Assembly: GCA_965205015.1 (NCBI GenBank) | Contig: OZ242029.1 | Location: 3,232,001 to 3,296,000, forward strand | Direction of reading: 5' to 3' | Origin: Candidatus Poribacteria bacterium | GTDB taxonomy: Bacteria; Poribacteria; WGA-4E; WGA-3G | DNA length: 64,000 nucleotides | Shown: positions 54,760 to 64,000 of the stretch, in pieces | Position numbering within the stretch: position 1 is the stretch's first letter | Layout: each line of letters opens with the position of its first letter | Translations under genes and position numbers: made by a program | Notes under the pieces: model-generated | Database searches by the model: none | Seen by the model: the letters and a program-made list of their open reading frames with translations, nothing else | What the model was told of the DNA's origin: nothing

Positions 54760-57339
54760 ATGATACGCGGAACTGTTGAGACCAAGTTAAGACCTATCAA
54801 GTTAGCATTCCTTGTAAACCCTGAAGATAGAGTTTCTCTGCAGCAAGCTATAGAAATTAACACTTTTCTGTGGGGTGGAGTGTATAATCCAATAATTCCG
54901 ACTTATAAAGAACTTCCTGCCGGATGGCAAGATGACCCTTTTCTTAGAAGTCCAAGCCCTCAAGAATTGGTTTCTGGCTACTTGGACAATTTTGATCCTG
55001 ACTATGTTGTTCCGATGGGTGAGTGTGTTGATTATACCCCTGATGTTGATGATTTCAATAAAATCACGGATGTATCAGAGATACTTGAATCAGTCGATAC
55101 AGACGATGCGCCTATCTACGGAATAGGTCTTTTTGAAGTTTTGAGTTACTTTTTTGAGAAAGAACTCAAATTTCAAAGGAAATATCCATTAGATATATGC
55201 GTGCCTCAATTTAACGGTAACTTTGATCTCTTTTTTGCGAGTGTTTTTGGGAAACTGTCTGAAAGTATTAACACGATTTTTTGGGAACGCGTTGCTAATC
55301 ATTTAGAAGTAAAAAGAATAGATTGTTCCGCCTCAAACTACGTAGAGTTGCTTGAATTCCCACTCTTTTTGAGGCGTATGACCCGTTTATACCTTACGCA
55401 TAGTGGTAATTATGAGGAGTGTGTTTACCTCCTGGATGTCACTAAACCGATTGATGTTATAGATTATTGGAATCTTCGAGCTGTTGGTTGGAAAGTGTTT
55501 GCTGTCCCAAAACAATTTTCACAAGATGACATAGTTCAGAAAACTGTTCAACGTATTATTGAAGAGAAGTACGCTTACTACGACGATCCGATAAAAGATC
55601 AGTTTTATCGCCCGATAACACTTTTGAAAAGCCGATCTGTCTCTGAAGATGAACAGAGGCAATTTGTAGATTCATTGGGTAGTTCACTTTCTGATATACC
55701 CAATAAAGATAAAGGTCCAAAGTACTTGTTTAAGACGATGTATCCGAGAATATGGGACGAATGGGCACGAAGTCGTGACCATGTTGAATGTTGCGAGATT
55801 AAATCTGACACAGTGGAGCATGATATATCAACGAACGAAGCAACGATTCGTGTAAAAACCTTGGAACCGAAATTTTCTCGCCATCTTTTTACCGGATTAG
55901 GGGAACCGCGTTTTGTAAACGAATTTAATCTGCGATTATACAGTGATAAACAACTCTTAGCGGATATAATCCCTAAAGGCGATTTGCACCTTGCTAGTGT
56001 GATCAGTAGATATGATCGACTCAACTGGCGTATATCCAGAAAAGGGTTAGTCCACCTGTCCAAACATTCAGAAAGAGGCTTGGAACTATTTATCCCTGAA
56101 GCAGAATCGATTTTCACAAGATGGTTGGAATTGCAAGGATGGACAGTCAAACTAAGATCTCCGGGTAAAATTGCCAAGCAGATGCTACAACAGCTTGATG
56201 GTATTGATGGTACTTGGATCTTGGCAAAAAAGGGCATTATTGAACTTTTAGGAGAAATGAGTAGCTATGCCAATATCCTAAAGAGGGTCCCCGAGGAACT
56301 GACAAAATTACAAACGTCTTTACAACAGAACGGAGTTCAGGGTTCGGCAGATGAGATTGAAGGATTTGTAAAACATCTCAAAGAGATTGAACCGCAACTC
56401 GCAGATGACAAAAGACCTATGCTCGCAACGATTTTTTGGAGAAGGCTTAATGAGATTGTGGGGAAACCATTGGAGAAAGAAGAAGGATGGTCAAACGAAG
56501 TTCATAGGCGACGGGTTGATATTGAAGCAAAAGAGATCCGTAAGAAACTGATTGATTCAAATGCTCTCCAACTGGGACTGGAAGTTCAGTGCACGGTATG
56601 TAATAAACGCTCGTGGTATTCTCTGAAAAATTCGGATTACGAGTTACGATGTCCAGAATGCCATGCACAATTTGCCTTTCCACAAAATATTGAAGATATT
56701 CAGTGGGCATATCGTACACTCGGTGCCTTTAGTTCGTCTAACCAAGCTGACGGTGCCTACACGATGCTTTTGACGTTTCGTTTTTTCACTGTATTACTTG
56801 ATGGTGCAACAACTCCACTTATGAGTTTTGAAATTCAAAAAGCGGGGAAAGATCCTTTAGAAGTTGATTTGGGTCTATTTTTCCAAAGATCTAAATTCTC
56901 TAAATCCGAAACTAAAATCATTTTTGCGGAATGTAAAACATTTAATCCATTTGAACAGAAAGATATTGATAGAATGAGAGATTTAGGAAACGCTTTTCCC
57001 GGCGCGATCCTCGTCTTTGCCAAACTCACAGAATCCTTTAATGATGAGGAGAAAGCACTTCTTAGTCCTTTGGTAGAAGCATCTTGGGAACGCTATGGTA
57101 AAAATCAGCCATATAATCCTATATTGATCCTTACTGGAAAAGAACTTTATCTGGATTTGCTCTGGGAATCACATTTGGCTAAAGTTCGATACTGGGATTT
57201 ATTAGATATTTGTTCTTTGACGCAGGAATTGTATTTGGGCAGAGACTTGAGGCGTGAGCAAGATAACAACATTGAGCAGCGTGTAACACGTGCAACATGG
57301 TCGCCTATTGTTCGTCCACAGAACAATCAAAATCAATAG
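54760..57339 (+). CDS. Large hypothetical protein with Zn-ribbon and C-terminal PD-(D/E)XK-like nuclease motif (candidate defence protein)
   Basis: CTVC…CPEC and EVDL…IFAECK motifs; N-terminal RPIKLAFLV…WGG.YNPIIP; visibly AT-richer than flanks. Confidence 0.7.
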   Translation: MIRGTVETKLRPIKLAFLVNPEDRVSLQQAIEINTFLWGGVYNPIIPTYKELPAGWQDDPFLRSPSPQELVSGYLDNFDPDYVVPMGECVDYTPDVDDFNKITDVSEILESVDTDDAPIYGIGLFEVLSYFFEKELKFQRKYPLDICVPQFNGNFDLFFASVFGKLSESINTIFWERVANHLEVKRIDCSASNYVELLEFPLFLRRMTRLYLTHSGNYEECVYLLDVTKPIDVIDYWNLRAVGWKVFAVPKQFSQDDIVQKTVQRIIEEKYAYYDDPIKDQFYRPITLLKSRSVSEDEQRQFVDSLGSSLSDIPNKDKGPKYLFKTMYPRIWDEWARSRDHVECCEIKSDTVEHDISTNEATIRVKTLEPKFSRHLFTGLGEPRFVNEFNLRLYSDKQLLADIIPKGDLHLASVISRYDRLNWRISRKGLVHLSKHSERGLELFIPEAESIFTRWLELQGWTVKLRSPGKIAKQMLQQLDGIDGTWILAKKGIIELLGEMSSYANILKRVPEELTKLQTSLQQNGVQGSADEIEGFVKHLKEIEPQLADDKRPMLATIFWRRLNEIVGKPLEKEEGWSNEVHRRRVDIEAKEIRKKLIDSNALQLGLEVQCTVCNKRSWYSLKNSDYELRCPECHAQFAFPQNIEDIQWAYRTLGAFSSSNQADGAYTMLLTFRFFTVLLDGATTPLMSFEIQKAGKDPLEVDLGLFFQRSKFSKSETKIIFAECKTFNPFEQKDIDRMRDLGNAFPGAILVFAKLTESFNDEEKALLSPLVEASWERYGKNQPYNPILILTGKELYLDLLWESHLAKVRYWDLLDICSLTQELYLGRDLRREQDNNIEQRVTRATWSPIVRPQNNQNQ

Positions 57340-57397
57340 ATGCTGTCCTTAATTTCTCATTTGTAAAAGGCGCGATGAATTGCGCTACTAAAAGTAG

Positions 57398-57910
57398 GTG
57401 ATGACGATGAAAAATGGTATTAAAGTTTTATTCGGAATTATCGGAGTTGTCCTCATATTTTTCTCAGGAGGTTGGGCACAAGAACGGTTCAATTTAGGTG
57501 TTGACCTTTTCAATCAGAACCATCTTGAAGAAGGATTAAAACGCTATGTACCTACGCGTATGCAATGGCTCGCACTTGAATTAGAAAGACGTAATTTGTT
57601 CACACTTGGTCAGATGGAGAGTATTGGATTTTATGTGTCTTATACAGATTATTACGGTCAGCTCCATGCCAATCTAACATATGGGTATAAGTTAGAATAT
57701 AAAAAAGTCAAAGATGCAATAGAGTTAGTGAAGACAGATATATCAATGATTGCGAAGGAATACGGGTGGGACTCATGGGTCCGTGTTCAGCTTACAGTTG
57801 ATAGGTCTCTCTTTGAGAAGGTTGGGGACTTCTGGCATAAACGCGAGCGAATTGCACCAGAGATTTATGAATGGAAGGGGACAGAACAACCTAAACTCTT
57901 AAAGTTCTAA
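57398..57910 (+). CDS. Secreted hypothetical protein
   Basis: Signal-peptide-like N-terminus (…GWA/QE), 170-aa ORF. Confidence 0.6.
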   Translation: MMTMKNGIKVLFGIIGVVLIFFSGGWAQERFNLGVDLFNQNHLEEGLKRYVPTRMQWLALELERRNLFTLGQMESIGFYVSYTDYYGQLHANLTYGYKLEYKKVKDAIELVKTDISMIAKEYGWDSWVRVQLTVDRSLFEKVGDFWHKRERIAPEIYEWKGTEQPKLLKF

Positions 57911-58044
57911 TTATCGGAATCCATTATGTAGTGTGCTGGTTTCTTGGCTTTATAAATATCTGAAAAATAAAATCGCATTTAGGGATTTTGAGGCATGCAG
58001 GTCAGCAGAGGTACGAACACTCAGGTAGTATGCAGACGAACCGT

Positions 58045-58082
58045 TGTAGAACTGATACTCTTGTGTAGAACTGATACTCTTG
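58045..58082 (+). repeat. 19-bp tandem duplication TGTAGAACTGATACTCTTG x2
   Basis: Exact direct repeat upstream of hicA. Confidence 0.85.
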
Positions 58083-58168
58083 TTGGTTGTGTTCCTTATC
58101 GCCTTGGCCCTCTTTGAGATGAACATTTATTTTTTTCTCTTCCAGAGAGGCAGGCGAGGCACTGCAAA

Positions 58169-58441
58169 ATGGAATTAAGTAAGAATCATATTAGGACTTT
58201 ACAAACTATTTTTAGAACACCAGTAGCTCGCACTTTACAATGGAGGCGCATTGAAGCTCTTATTGTAGCTCTTGGCGGTATAAAAACGGAAGGGGATGGT
58301 TCTCGCGTGAAATTTGAATTAGAAGATGAAACTATACATCTTCATCGACCTCACCAAAAAGAGGCGAAACCTTATCAAATACGAGAATTAAGGGAGTTCT
58401 TACTGAAAGCAGGTGTAACAAATGAAACCTATGATATATAA
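58169..58441 (+). CDS. hicA: HicA-family toxin
   Basis: W..IEAL..ALG….EGDGSRV.F…..HLHRPH..EAKPYQ motif. Confidence 0.88.
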   Translation: MELSKNHIRTLQTIFRTPVARTLQWRRIEALIVALGGIKTEGDGSRVKFELEDETIHLHRPHQKEAKPYQIRELREFLLKAGVTNETYDI

Positions 58442-58694
58442 AGGCTATAAAGCAGAAATTTCATATAGCGATGAGGATGAATGCTTTGTTGGGCATGTCG
58501 TTAATATTGATTCAATGGTAAGTTTTCATGGCAATACAGATGATGAATTAAGAACAGCTTTTCAAGAAATGATAGACTTCTATATTCAAACATCCGGCAA
58601 ACCAGAAAATTTCGTAACAATACCATTTGATATTTATGCAGAAAGAGGTAATAATTTTGACCCCAGAGCAGGAGGCAGAACACGGTATTTCTGA
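58422..58694 (+). CDS. hicB: HicB-family antitoxin (C-terminal DNA-binding domain appears missing)
   Basis: YKGY.A.I.YS.ED..F.G.V..I…V.FHG....L..AF...ID.Y motif. Confidence 0.82.
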   Translation: MKPMIYKGYKAEISYSDEDECFVGHVVNIDSMVSFHGNTDDELRTAFQEMIDFYIQTSGKPENFVTIPFDIYAERGNNFDPRAGGRTRYF

Positions 58695-58726
58695 GATTAC
58701 AAGAGCGATCCCTAAGGAGAAAAAAC

Positions 58727-59722
58727 GTGAAATTAAAACTTGCACAATACGGTATTTCCCACGATCACGCTGGCGGGAAAGCCAACGTCATGAAGGAAAG
58801 TGATGAGATTGAGTTTGCTGGTGTCTTTGAACCATCATTAGAAGTCCGAGAAACACTTGGTCAAAGTCCAGTCTATGACGGCGTTCACTGGTTCACATCC
58901 AAAGAAGAAATACTCAAAGATGAGACAATCGTTGGGGTTGCGGCGCAGGGACGGGTGTCACAGAATCTCACCTTTGCCCGAGAAATTCTTGAACACGACA
59001 AGCATGTGTGGTTCGATAAGCCTGCGGGTGATAATCTTGATGAATTTCAAGAGGTTTTGGACATTGCACGAGACAAGAAGTTGCTCGTTCAACTCGGTTA
59101 TATGTTCCGTTACAATGCCGGCTTTCAGTTTATCCTTGATTGGGCGAACACCGGCAAGCTCGGTGACATTTTCTCTGTTCGGGCAAGAATCTCATCCAGT
59201 CTTTCAAGCGACGCGCATTGGAAACGTTGGGATTCACTCGGTGAACACTCAGGGGGCATTATGTTCATTCTCGCCTGTCATCTCACCGATATTATCGTGG
59301 CGTTGTTGGGACGCCCCACACGGGTGGCACCCTTTTCAAGGCATGATGGGCATGACGTGCCGTGGTATCGGAACAATACGGCGGCTGTCCTTGAATATCC
59401 CAGAGCATTGGCGATTCTTGAGTCAACGGCATTGGAAGTCGATGCGGGTAAATCCAGGCGATTGGAAGTCTACGGGACACGCGGCAGTGCGATTCTTGAG
59501 CCGCTTGAACCGCCAGCGTTGCGGTTGTGTCTGGACGAGGCGCGGGATGGATATGTGAAAGGTTGGCAGACAGTGCCAGTGGAGCCACGACCGCGTTACG
59601 TCGAGAGTCTTCGGGCGTTCATCGCTGATATTCGGGGAGAGAAATCTCCGGATCGTTCCCTTGATCACGAGTTCACAGTTCAGGAAACCGTGCTACGGGC
59701 GGCAGGACTGCGACAGGAATAA
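58727..59722 (+). CDS. Gfo/Idh/MocA-family oxidoreductase
   Basis: HVWFDKPAG, GYMFRYN and ACHLTD motifs; RBS AAGGAG. Confidence 0.88.
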   Translation: MKLKLAQYGISHDHAGGKANVMKESDEIEFAGVFEPSLEVRETLGQSPVYDGVHWFTSKEEILKDETIVGVAAQGRVSQNLTFAREILEHDKHVWFDKPAGDNLDEFQEVLDIARDKKLLVQLGYMFRYNAGFQFILDWANTGKLGDIFSVRARISSSLSSDAHWKRWDSLGEHSGGIMFILACHLTDIIVALLGRPTRVAPFSRHDGHDVPWYRNNTAAVLEYPRALAILESTALEVDAGKSRRLEVYGTRGSAILEPLEPPALRLCLDEARDGYVKGWQTVPVEPRPRYVESLRAFIADIRGEKSPDRSLDHEFTVQETVLRAAGLRQE

Positions 59723-59743
59723 AGAACCCACTTTAATTTTTGA

Positions 59744-59772
59744 TTGACATTCTTCTTAAATCTGATTATACT
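59744..59772 (+). promoter_or_regulatory. Near-consensus sigma70 promoter for the 59908 gene
   Basis: TTGACA-17 bp-TATACT. Confidence 0.7.
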
Positions 59773-59907
59773 TTATGTTAACTGAACAATGGTGGGATGA
59801 TAGTGTTAGGCGGAAGCACTCCCGCATCCGAACTGTTTGTAGCTGAGATGAATTATCCGTAATCAGATCACAAAGCGTGTTACAATGGTTAAGGGTGGAT
59901 GTAAACG

Positions 59908-60438
59908 ATGTTAGTCATAATTAATATCTGTTTTGTCATTGTGTGTCTGTCCCTCTTGGTGGCACTGCCTTTTTATTTATCTTGGAGACAGAGAACGATG
60001 GGGCAAGTGCTGTTTCACCTCCCTACGTCCAAAAGCCACAAAGTGCTTTTGAAGCTTGTCATCCTTGTGTGGGCGGGTATCATGCTTATGCAAATCGTGT
60101 TCCTAATCAGGGATGGTTGGCAGTCTGCCCCACAATTTTGGCCCGTGATGGTGGCACCCGCATTTTCCCTATTTCGTATGCATTCCGTAAACCGATTTGA
60201 AATCAGAGAAGCTGGCATTATCTCTAACGGAAATTTTGTAAAGTGGGAGAAACTTAACGCCTTCAAATGGAAAAAAGAGGGGGACTACGCATTAGGATTG
60301 GGCAAAGAGGCGTATGTACTCGGCGTGACGAAATCGGGAGACAAATTCCCATGGTGGCTTGAATGGGATAAATTTCAATCAGAGCAGCGCGAGCGTGCTA
60401 ATAAACTCCTGTCCCAATACCTACCGAAAACCACTTAA
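59908..60438 (+). CDS. Membrane protein with C-terminal PH-like (DUF5673-like) domain
   Basis: About 3 TM segments followed by EIREAGI…..FVKWE.L..F.W. Confidence 0.65.
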   Translation: MLVIINICFVIVCLSLLVALPFYLSWRQRTMGQVLFHLPTSKSHKVLLKLVILVWAGIMLMQIVFLIRDGWQSAPQFWPVMVAPAFSLFRMHSVNRFEIREAGIISNGNFVKWEKLNAFKWKKEGDYALGLGKEAYVLGVTKSGDKFPWWLEWDKFQSEQRERANKLLSQYLPKTT

Positions 60439-60489
60439 GGTATAATGACCGACAGAATTCTTAGGACCCAGTCACCGCTGGCGAGGATT

Positions 60490-61455
60490 TTACCAATCTC
60501 CGTCTTCTATAGGAATGATCGGAATGACCGTAACAGGAAATGCTGATGGTTTGTAGTTTCCATCTGGTGCCTTGGTCGGAAATCTGTACTGGGGGTCCGT
60601 CAGAAGTTCATATACCGCGGAATCCCCAGAGCTGACCAGTTCTCTGGTGTTTAATTCCCATTCGATTTCGAGTGCCTCGTGTCGCCCTGGAAAATCTTGT
60701 GTCCCCAATATTGATGTCAAAGCCCAGTAGATATACTCCGTAACCATGCAACCATAATCACAGGTTTCATCCGTATAATGATACCAGGCTTCTGCTGGAT
60801 ATCCACTCTTGGGACCCTCTTTTGGTACGTGCTCAAAATATCCGCCACGGGCGGCATCCATGCACTTCGCTAAGGTGGACCCCCGTACCTCCCCGAACAC
60901 CTCGGGGTAAGCATTGGCATAACCGTGTTGTGTAATGGGATGCAGAATTTCCTCTAATGCCCCGTCGTAGTACCAGCCATCGGGAGCATTGATTTTGCCA
61001 TCAACAAGGAAATCTGGTTTGGTTTCTTCGCCATACAGATCTTGACCAAATCGGTAGCCTGCCGCTTCTACCAGATCCATTTCCATCCGCTCTATCTCCG
61101 CCTCTGTTCCGGGCATAATGATAAAGACGTTTCGGCTCACAAGGTGACTGAGAACCCGCGTGTTGTCAGGAACACCGTCTTCGTCGTTATCGAGGTATTG
61201 TGCCAAAACGCCTGCGGCGTGAGAGAGTTTATCTTCAGAGGTCGTTAGGCTTGCGAAGATGTGCATGCCGAAAACGTTGACATATTTGTCGCAGCCCACT
61301 TGTCTGAAAACAGAAAATGTGCTCGGCACCTCTACGATTTCAATTTTCGGTGTCACCTCAATACTTCGCATTATGTTGTCGCCAATAATTTGGGATGAAG
61401 CGATCCCCATTAAAACCAGCAAGATACCAGCGGTCATAACTTCCCTTTCTTCCAA
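60490..61455 (-). CDS. Secreted hypothetical protein with zincin-like EExxH motif
   Basis: YLDNDEDG.PDN, LEEILHPIT..GY and CDYGC..TEY.YWA motifs. Confidence 0.65.
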   Translation of the reverse strand: MEEREVMTAGILLVLMGIASSQIIGDNIMRSIEVTPKIEIVEVPSTFSVFRQVGCDKYVNVFGMHIFASLTTSEDKLSHAAGVLAQYLDNDEDGVPDNTRVLSHLVSRNVFIIMPGTEAEIERMEMDLVEAAGYRFGQDLYGEETKPDFLVDGKINAPDGWYYDGALEEILHPITQHGYANAYPEVFGEVRGSTLAKCMDAARGGYFEHVPKEGPKSGYPAEAWYHYTDETCDYGCMVTEYIYWALTSILGTQDFPGRHEALEIEWELNTRELVSSGDSAVYELLTDPQYRFPTKAPDGNYKPSAFPVTVIPIIPIEDGDW

Positions 61456-61522
61456 ACTTACACGCTTGAGGCTGCTACCTGAGTGGATAACCCGATAAGG
61501 ACGAGCCCCTTAAAAACCACTA

Positions 61523-62557
61523 TTAGGCAAATCGAACGCCTAACTTCACATTCTCGCCTGGATGCGTCGCGATCTTCGGGTACTCGTCCAACAGATCGTC
61601 AAAATCGACAACAGGATGGATAACGGGTTCAGATTTCAGACTGCCATCGCAAAGGAGTCGCCAACTGATTTCAAAGAGCCTGCCTTCATTCCAATTGGGA
61701 TACTCAGGATTCGGTTCGCTACACGCCCGTGAGAAAATAATCGTCGGTCGGTTGAAATGCGCTTCTGCACCGAGATCCAATCCTGCAGGGTAGGTCCCGG
61801 GCCAGGCACCAGCGACAACCGTTCCGAGATACGTCACACCGCGGATCGCTGCCTGTAGTGCGCTATGATGTCCACTGTATTCAATGCAAACATCGGCACC
61901 CCGTTTGTCGGTGGCTTTTTTGATTTCCAAACCGGCATCCTCCGTCGTTGGATCAATGACCATATCAGCACCACATTTGAGGGCAACATTGCGGCGCAAC
62001 TCGAGTGGATCGATCCCAATCACGGGGTAGGCACCCGCCAACTTGGCGAGCTGCAGTGCCATGAGTCCGATGCCGCCCATTCCAAAGACGGCTACGGCGT
62101 CTCCAATGCGGATGTGCCCGTCGCGCACCGCACCCAGGGCGAAATCCGTCGGATCCAGACAGACGGCTGCCTGCCAGGGGACACCCTCAGGAAGTTTTCG
62201 TGTACCTGCTGCATTCCAAACGTGTTCTTCACGGAAGGAACTGTGCCGAAAAACTCGCTCTCCCACTTTGACATCGGTAACGTCCGCCCCAATCTCAGTT
62301 ACCTCGCCGACACACATGTTCCCAAGTCCTGAAGGATAGTTTACCATCCCGCCGGAACCATCTGCTCGAAAGATTTTATATTCGCCATCGTAGCCACCGC
62401 GTGGACCGGCATACCCCTTATAGGATGCCATCTCTGAACCGTGTTTGGCGGCACCAAACTGGCTTTTGACCCGAATTTCATTCGCTTGCAACGGTTGGCT
62501 TTCATATTCTCGGAAAGCGACCTGCTCTTGGGCGGGTGCAATGAGTTCTCTTAGCAT
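61523..62557 (-). CDS. Zinc-binding (MDR) dehydrogenase
   Basis: GroES-like N-domain; VFGMGGIGL Rossmann motif. Confidence 0.85.
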   Translation of the reverse strand: MLRELIAPAQEQVAFREYESQPLQANEIRVKSQFGAAKHGSEMASYKGYAGPRGGYDGEYKIFRADGSGGMVNYPSGLGNMCVGEVTEIGADVTDVKVGERVFRHSSFREEHVWNAAGTRKLPEGVPWQAAVCLDPTDFALGAVRDGHIRIGDAVAVFGMGGIGLMALQLAKLAGAYPVIGIDPLELRRNVALKCGADMVIDPTTEDAGLEIKKATDKRGADVCIEYSGHHSALQAAIRGVTYLGTVVAGAWPGTYPAGLDLGAEAHFNRPTIIFSRACSEPNPEYPNWNEGRLFEISWRLLCDGSLKSEPVIHPVVDFDDLLDEYPKIATHPGENVKLGVRFA

Positions 62558-62616
62558 ACTTTTAATTTATCTCCTCCTGGACTGCCCTCCATTTCAGGCA
62601 GGTTTATTGAAAAATT

Positions 62617-63900
62617 TTAGTCGGCGATTGCTTGGTAAGTGAGGATGCGAATTCTCTCTCCGAGGTCCAAACCACCGCTGGGATGCAATTGACACATGAA
62701 AATACCAATCATCTGTTCTTGCGGGTCAATGAAGAAATTGGTAAAGAAGAAACCGCCCCAGCCAAACGTCCCGACTGATCCGACTTCATTGAGGTCTGAT
62801 TTGTCTCGGACAACACTAAAGCCTAAACCGAATCCGTAGTTGATATCCATCTTGGCGAGTCGATTTGAAGTCATCAACTCAACGGTTTTTCGGCTCAACA
62901 ATCGGACACCGTTAAATTTTCCACCGTTCAGCATCATCTGTGCAAAGCGGACGTAATCCGGGGCAGTGGAGACCAAGCCACCCCCGCCGGAAAAATAGCT
63001 TCGTGGACCGTTGTAAGGATAATCCGTTGAATAGATCAGTGCGCCGTCCACTGTCGGTTCTTGGGACTTGCGCGCTATGGGTCCATCTTTGGTTCGCTCA
63101 TATACAGTTGCGATTCGTTCGCGTTTTGTTTCAGGGATAAAAAAATGTGTGTCGTTCATACCGAGTGGTTTGAAGATACGCTCAGCGAAAAATGCATCGA
63201 GCGACATCCCGGACGCGACCTCAACAAGATAGCCGAGGACATCTATTGAGAGTCCATATTCGACTTGGGCACCCGGTTGATGCAATAACGGGATCGTCGC
63301 CAAGATTTTCATCTTCTCCTCGAGCGTGCTCTCATCTTGAAGAAGTCCGTGGGTGATACCCGCATCGGTGTATTGCTGACCTAAACGCCCGTTCCAATGA
63401 TATGTTAAACCCGCGGTGTGAGTGAGTAGGTTCCAAATTGTAATTTGCCGTTCTGTGGGGACAGGTTGCGCCGAGTCTTCGGCATCTTCCGGCGGCAGCA
63501 CAAGCATTTTCTTGAACGCTGGAATGAACTTTGAAACCGGTTCGTGCAACCGAAAATGTCCCTCTTCATAGAGCATCATCACAGCGACACTCGTGATCGG
63601 TTTTGTCATCGACGCAATACGGAAAATAGTATCGGGGGTCATCGGCTTTCCCGCTTCGACATCCATCATACCGTAGGTCCCCAGATGTGCGATCTTCCCG
63701 TGTCGAGCGAGCAATGTAACGCCGCCAGCGATTTTCTGCTGCGCGACGTGCATTTCCATGACTTTATCAATTCTTGAGAGTCTTTCGGTAGAAAGCCCAA
63801 CGGCTTCAGGTTCCACCATCGGGAGATCGTGGCTGAAGGCGGATGCCGTCAGAATCAACAAGAACGAGATGTGTACTAAAATCCTACCCATTTTGTTCAT
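62617..63900 (-). CDS. Serine hydrolase, beta-lactamase class C-like family, secreted
   Basis: FRIASMTK (SxxK), LLTHTAG, Y...DVLG and FGWGG motifs. Confidence 0.92.
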   Translation of the reverse strand: MNKMGRILVHISFLLILTASAFSHDLPMVEPEAVGLSTERLSRIDKVMEMHVAQQKIAGGVTLLARHGKIAHLGTYGMMDVEAGKPMTPDTIFRIASMTKPITSVAVMMLYEEGHFRLHEPVSKFIPAFKKMLVLPPEDAEDSAQPVPTERQITIWNLLTHTAGLTYHWNGRLGQQYTDAGITHGLLQDESTLEEKMKILATIPLLHQPGAQVEYGLSIDVLGYLVEVASGMSLDAFFAERIFKPLGMNDTHFFIPETKRERIATVYERTKDGPIARKSQEPTVDGALIYSTDYPYNGPRSYFSGGGGLVSTAPDYVRFAQMMLNGGKFNGVRLLSRKTVELMTSNRLAKMDINYGFGLGFSVVRDKSDLNEVGSVGTFGWGGFFFTNFFIDPQEQMIGIFMCQLHPSGGLDLGERIRILTYQAIAD

Positions 63901-63931
63901 AGAAGCTACTGTACAACCTTATTATTTTTCA

Positions 63932-64000
63932 TAGGGTAGGCACAAGACCTGCCCCTACGGTTAGGGTAGGTACAAGACCTACCCCTACGGTTAGGGTAGG
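63932..64000 (-). repeat. Tandem 31-bp REP repeats running off the window end
   Basis: TAGGGTAGG(C/T)ACAAGACCT(G/A)CCCCTACGGT twice plus a partial third copy. Confidence 0.8.

Noticed and set aside
63932-64000. Possible CRISPR array at the window end
   Set aside because: Units are head-to-tail with no spacers and match the solitary REP at 43407.

Overview
Bacterial genomic window. The gene content resembles Candidatus Poribacteria, a sponge symbiont (inference). The signs are secreted proteins ending in a V(D/E)xKxKLAxxWAxLK-type tail, a WD40-cohesin-dockerin-FlgD-like protein, DUF1549/1553, a sulfatase, Gfo/Idh/MocA enzymes and dense GTAG-type REP/MITE repeats. Most of the window is minus-strand metabolic and transport genes (Fe-ADH, two GGTs, accA, BCCT plus porin, murQ/GlcNAc kinase, BMP lipoprotein). 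Four accessory blocks interrupt it. (1) 2.3-4.5 kb: Mrr and HicAB with REP clusters and an unannotated RAYT transposase remnant. (2) 24.3-33.7 kb: a rearranged block with toxin-antitoxin pairs, duplicated segments, and an SBP56/methanethiol-oxidase-like gene divergent from a TusA-DsrE-TusA/OsmC-HD-MetE-like cluster, which is split by a hairpin-rich non-coding insert. (3) 45.2-54.2 kb: GrpE, a lidless Hsp70 and a giant J-like/ankyrin protein, bracketed by duplicated glutaredoxin genes. (4) 54.4-58.7 kb: an AT-richer 859-aa Zn-finger/PD-(D/E)XK candidate defence nuclease with a long structured leader, followed by HicAB. No rRNA, intact tRNA or CRISPR array was seen. All family assignments come from motif recognition, not database searches.
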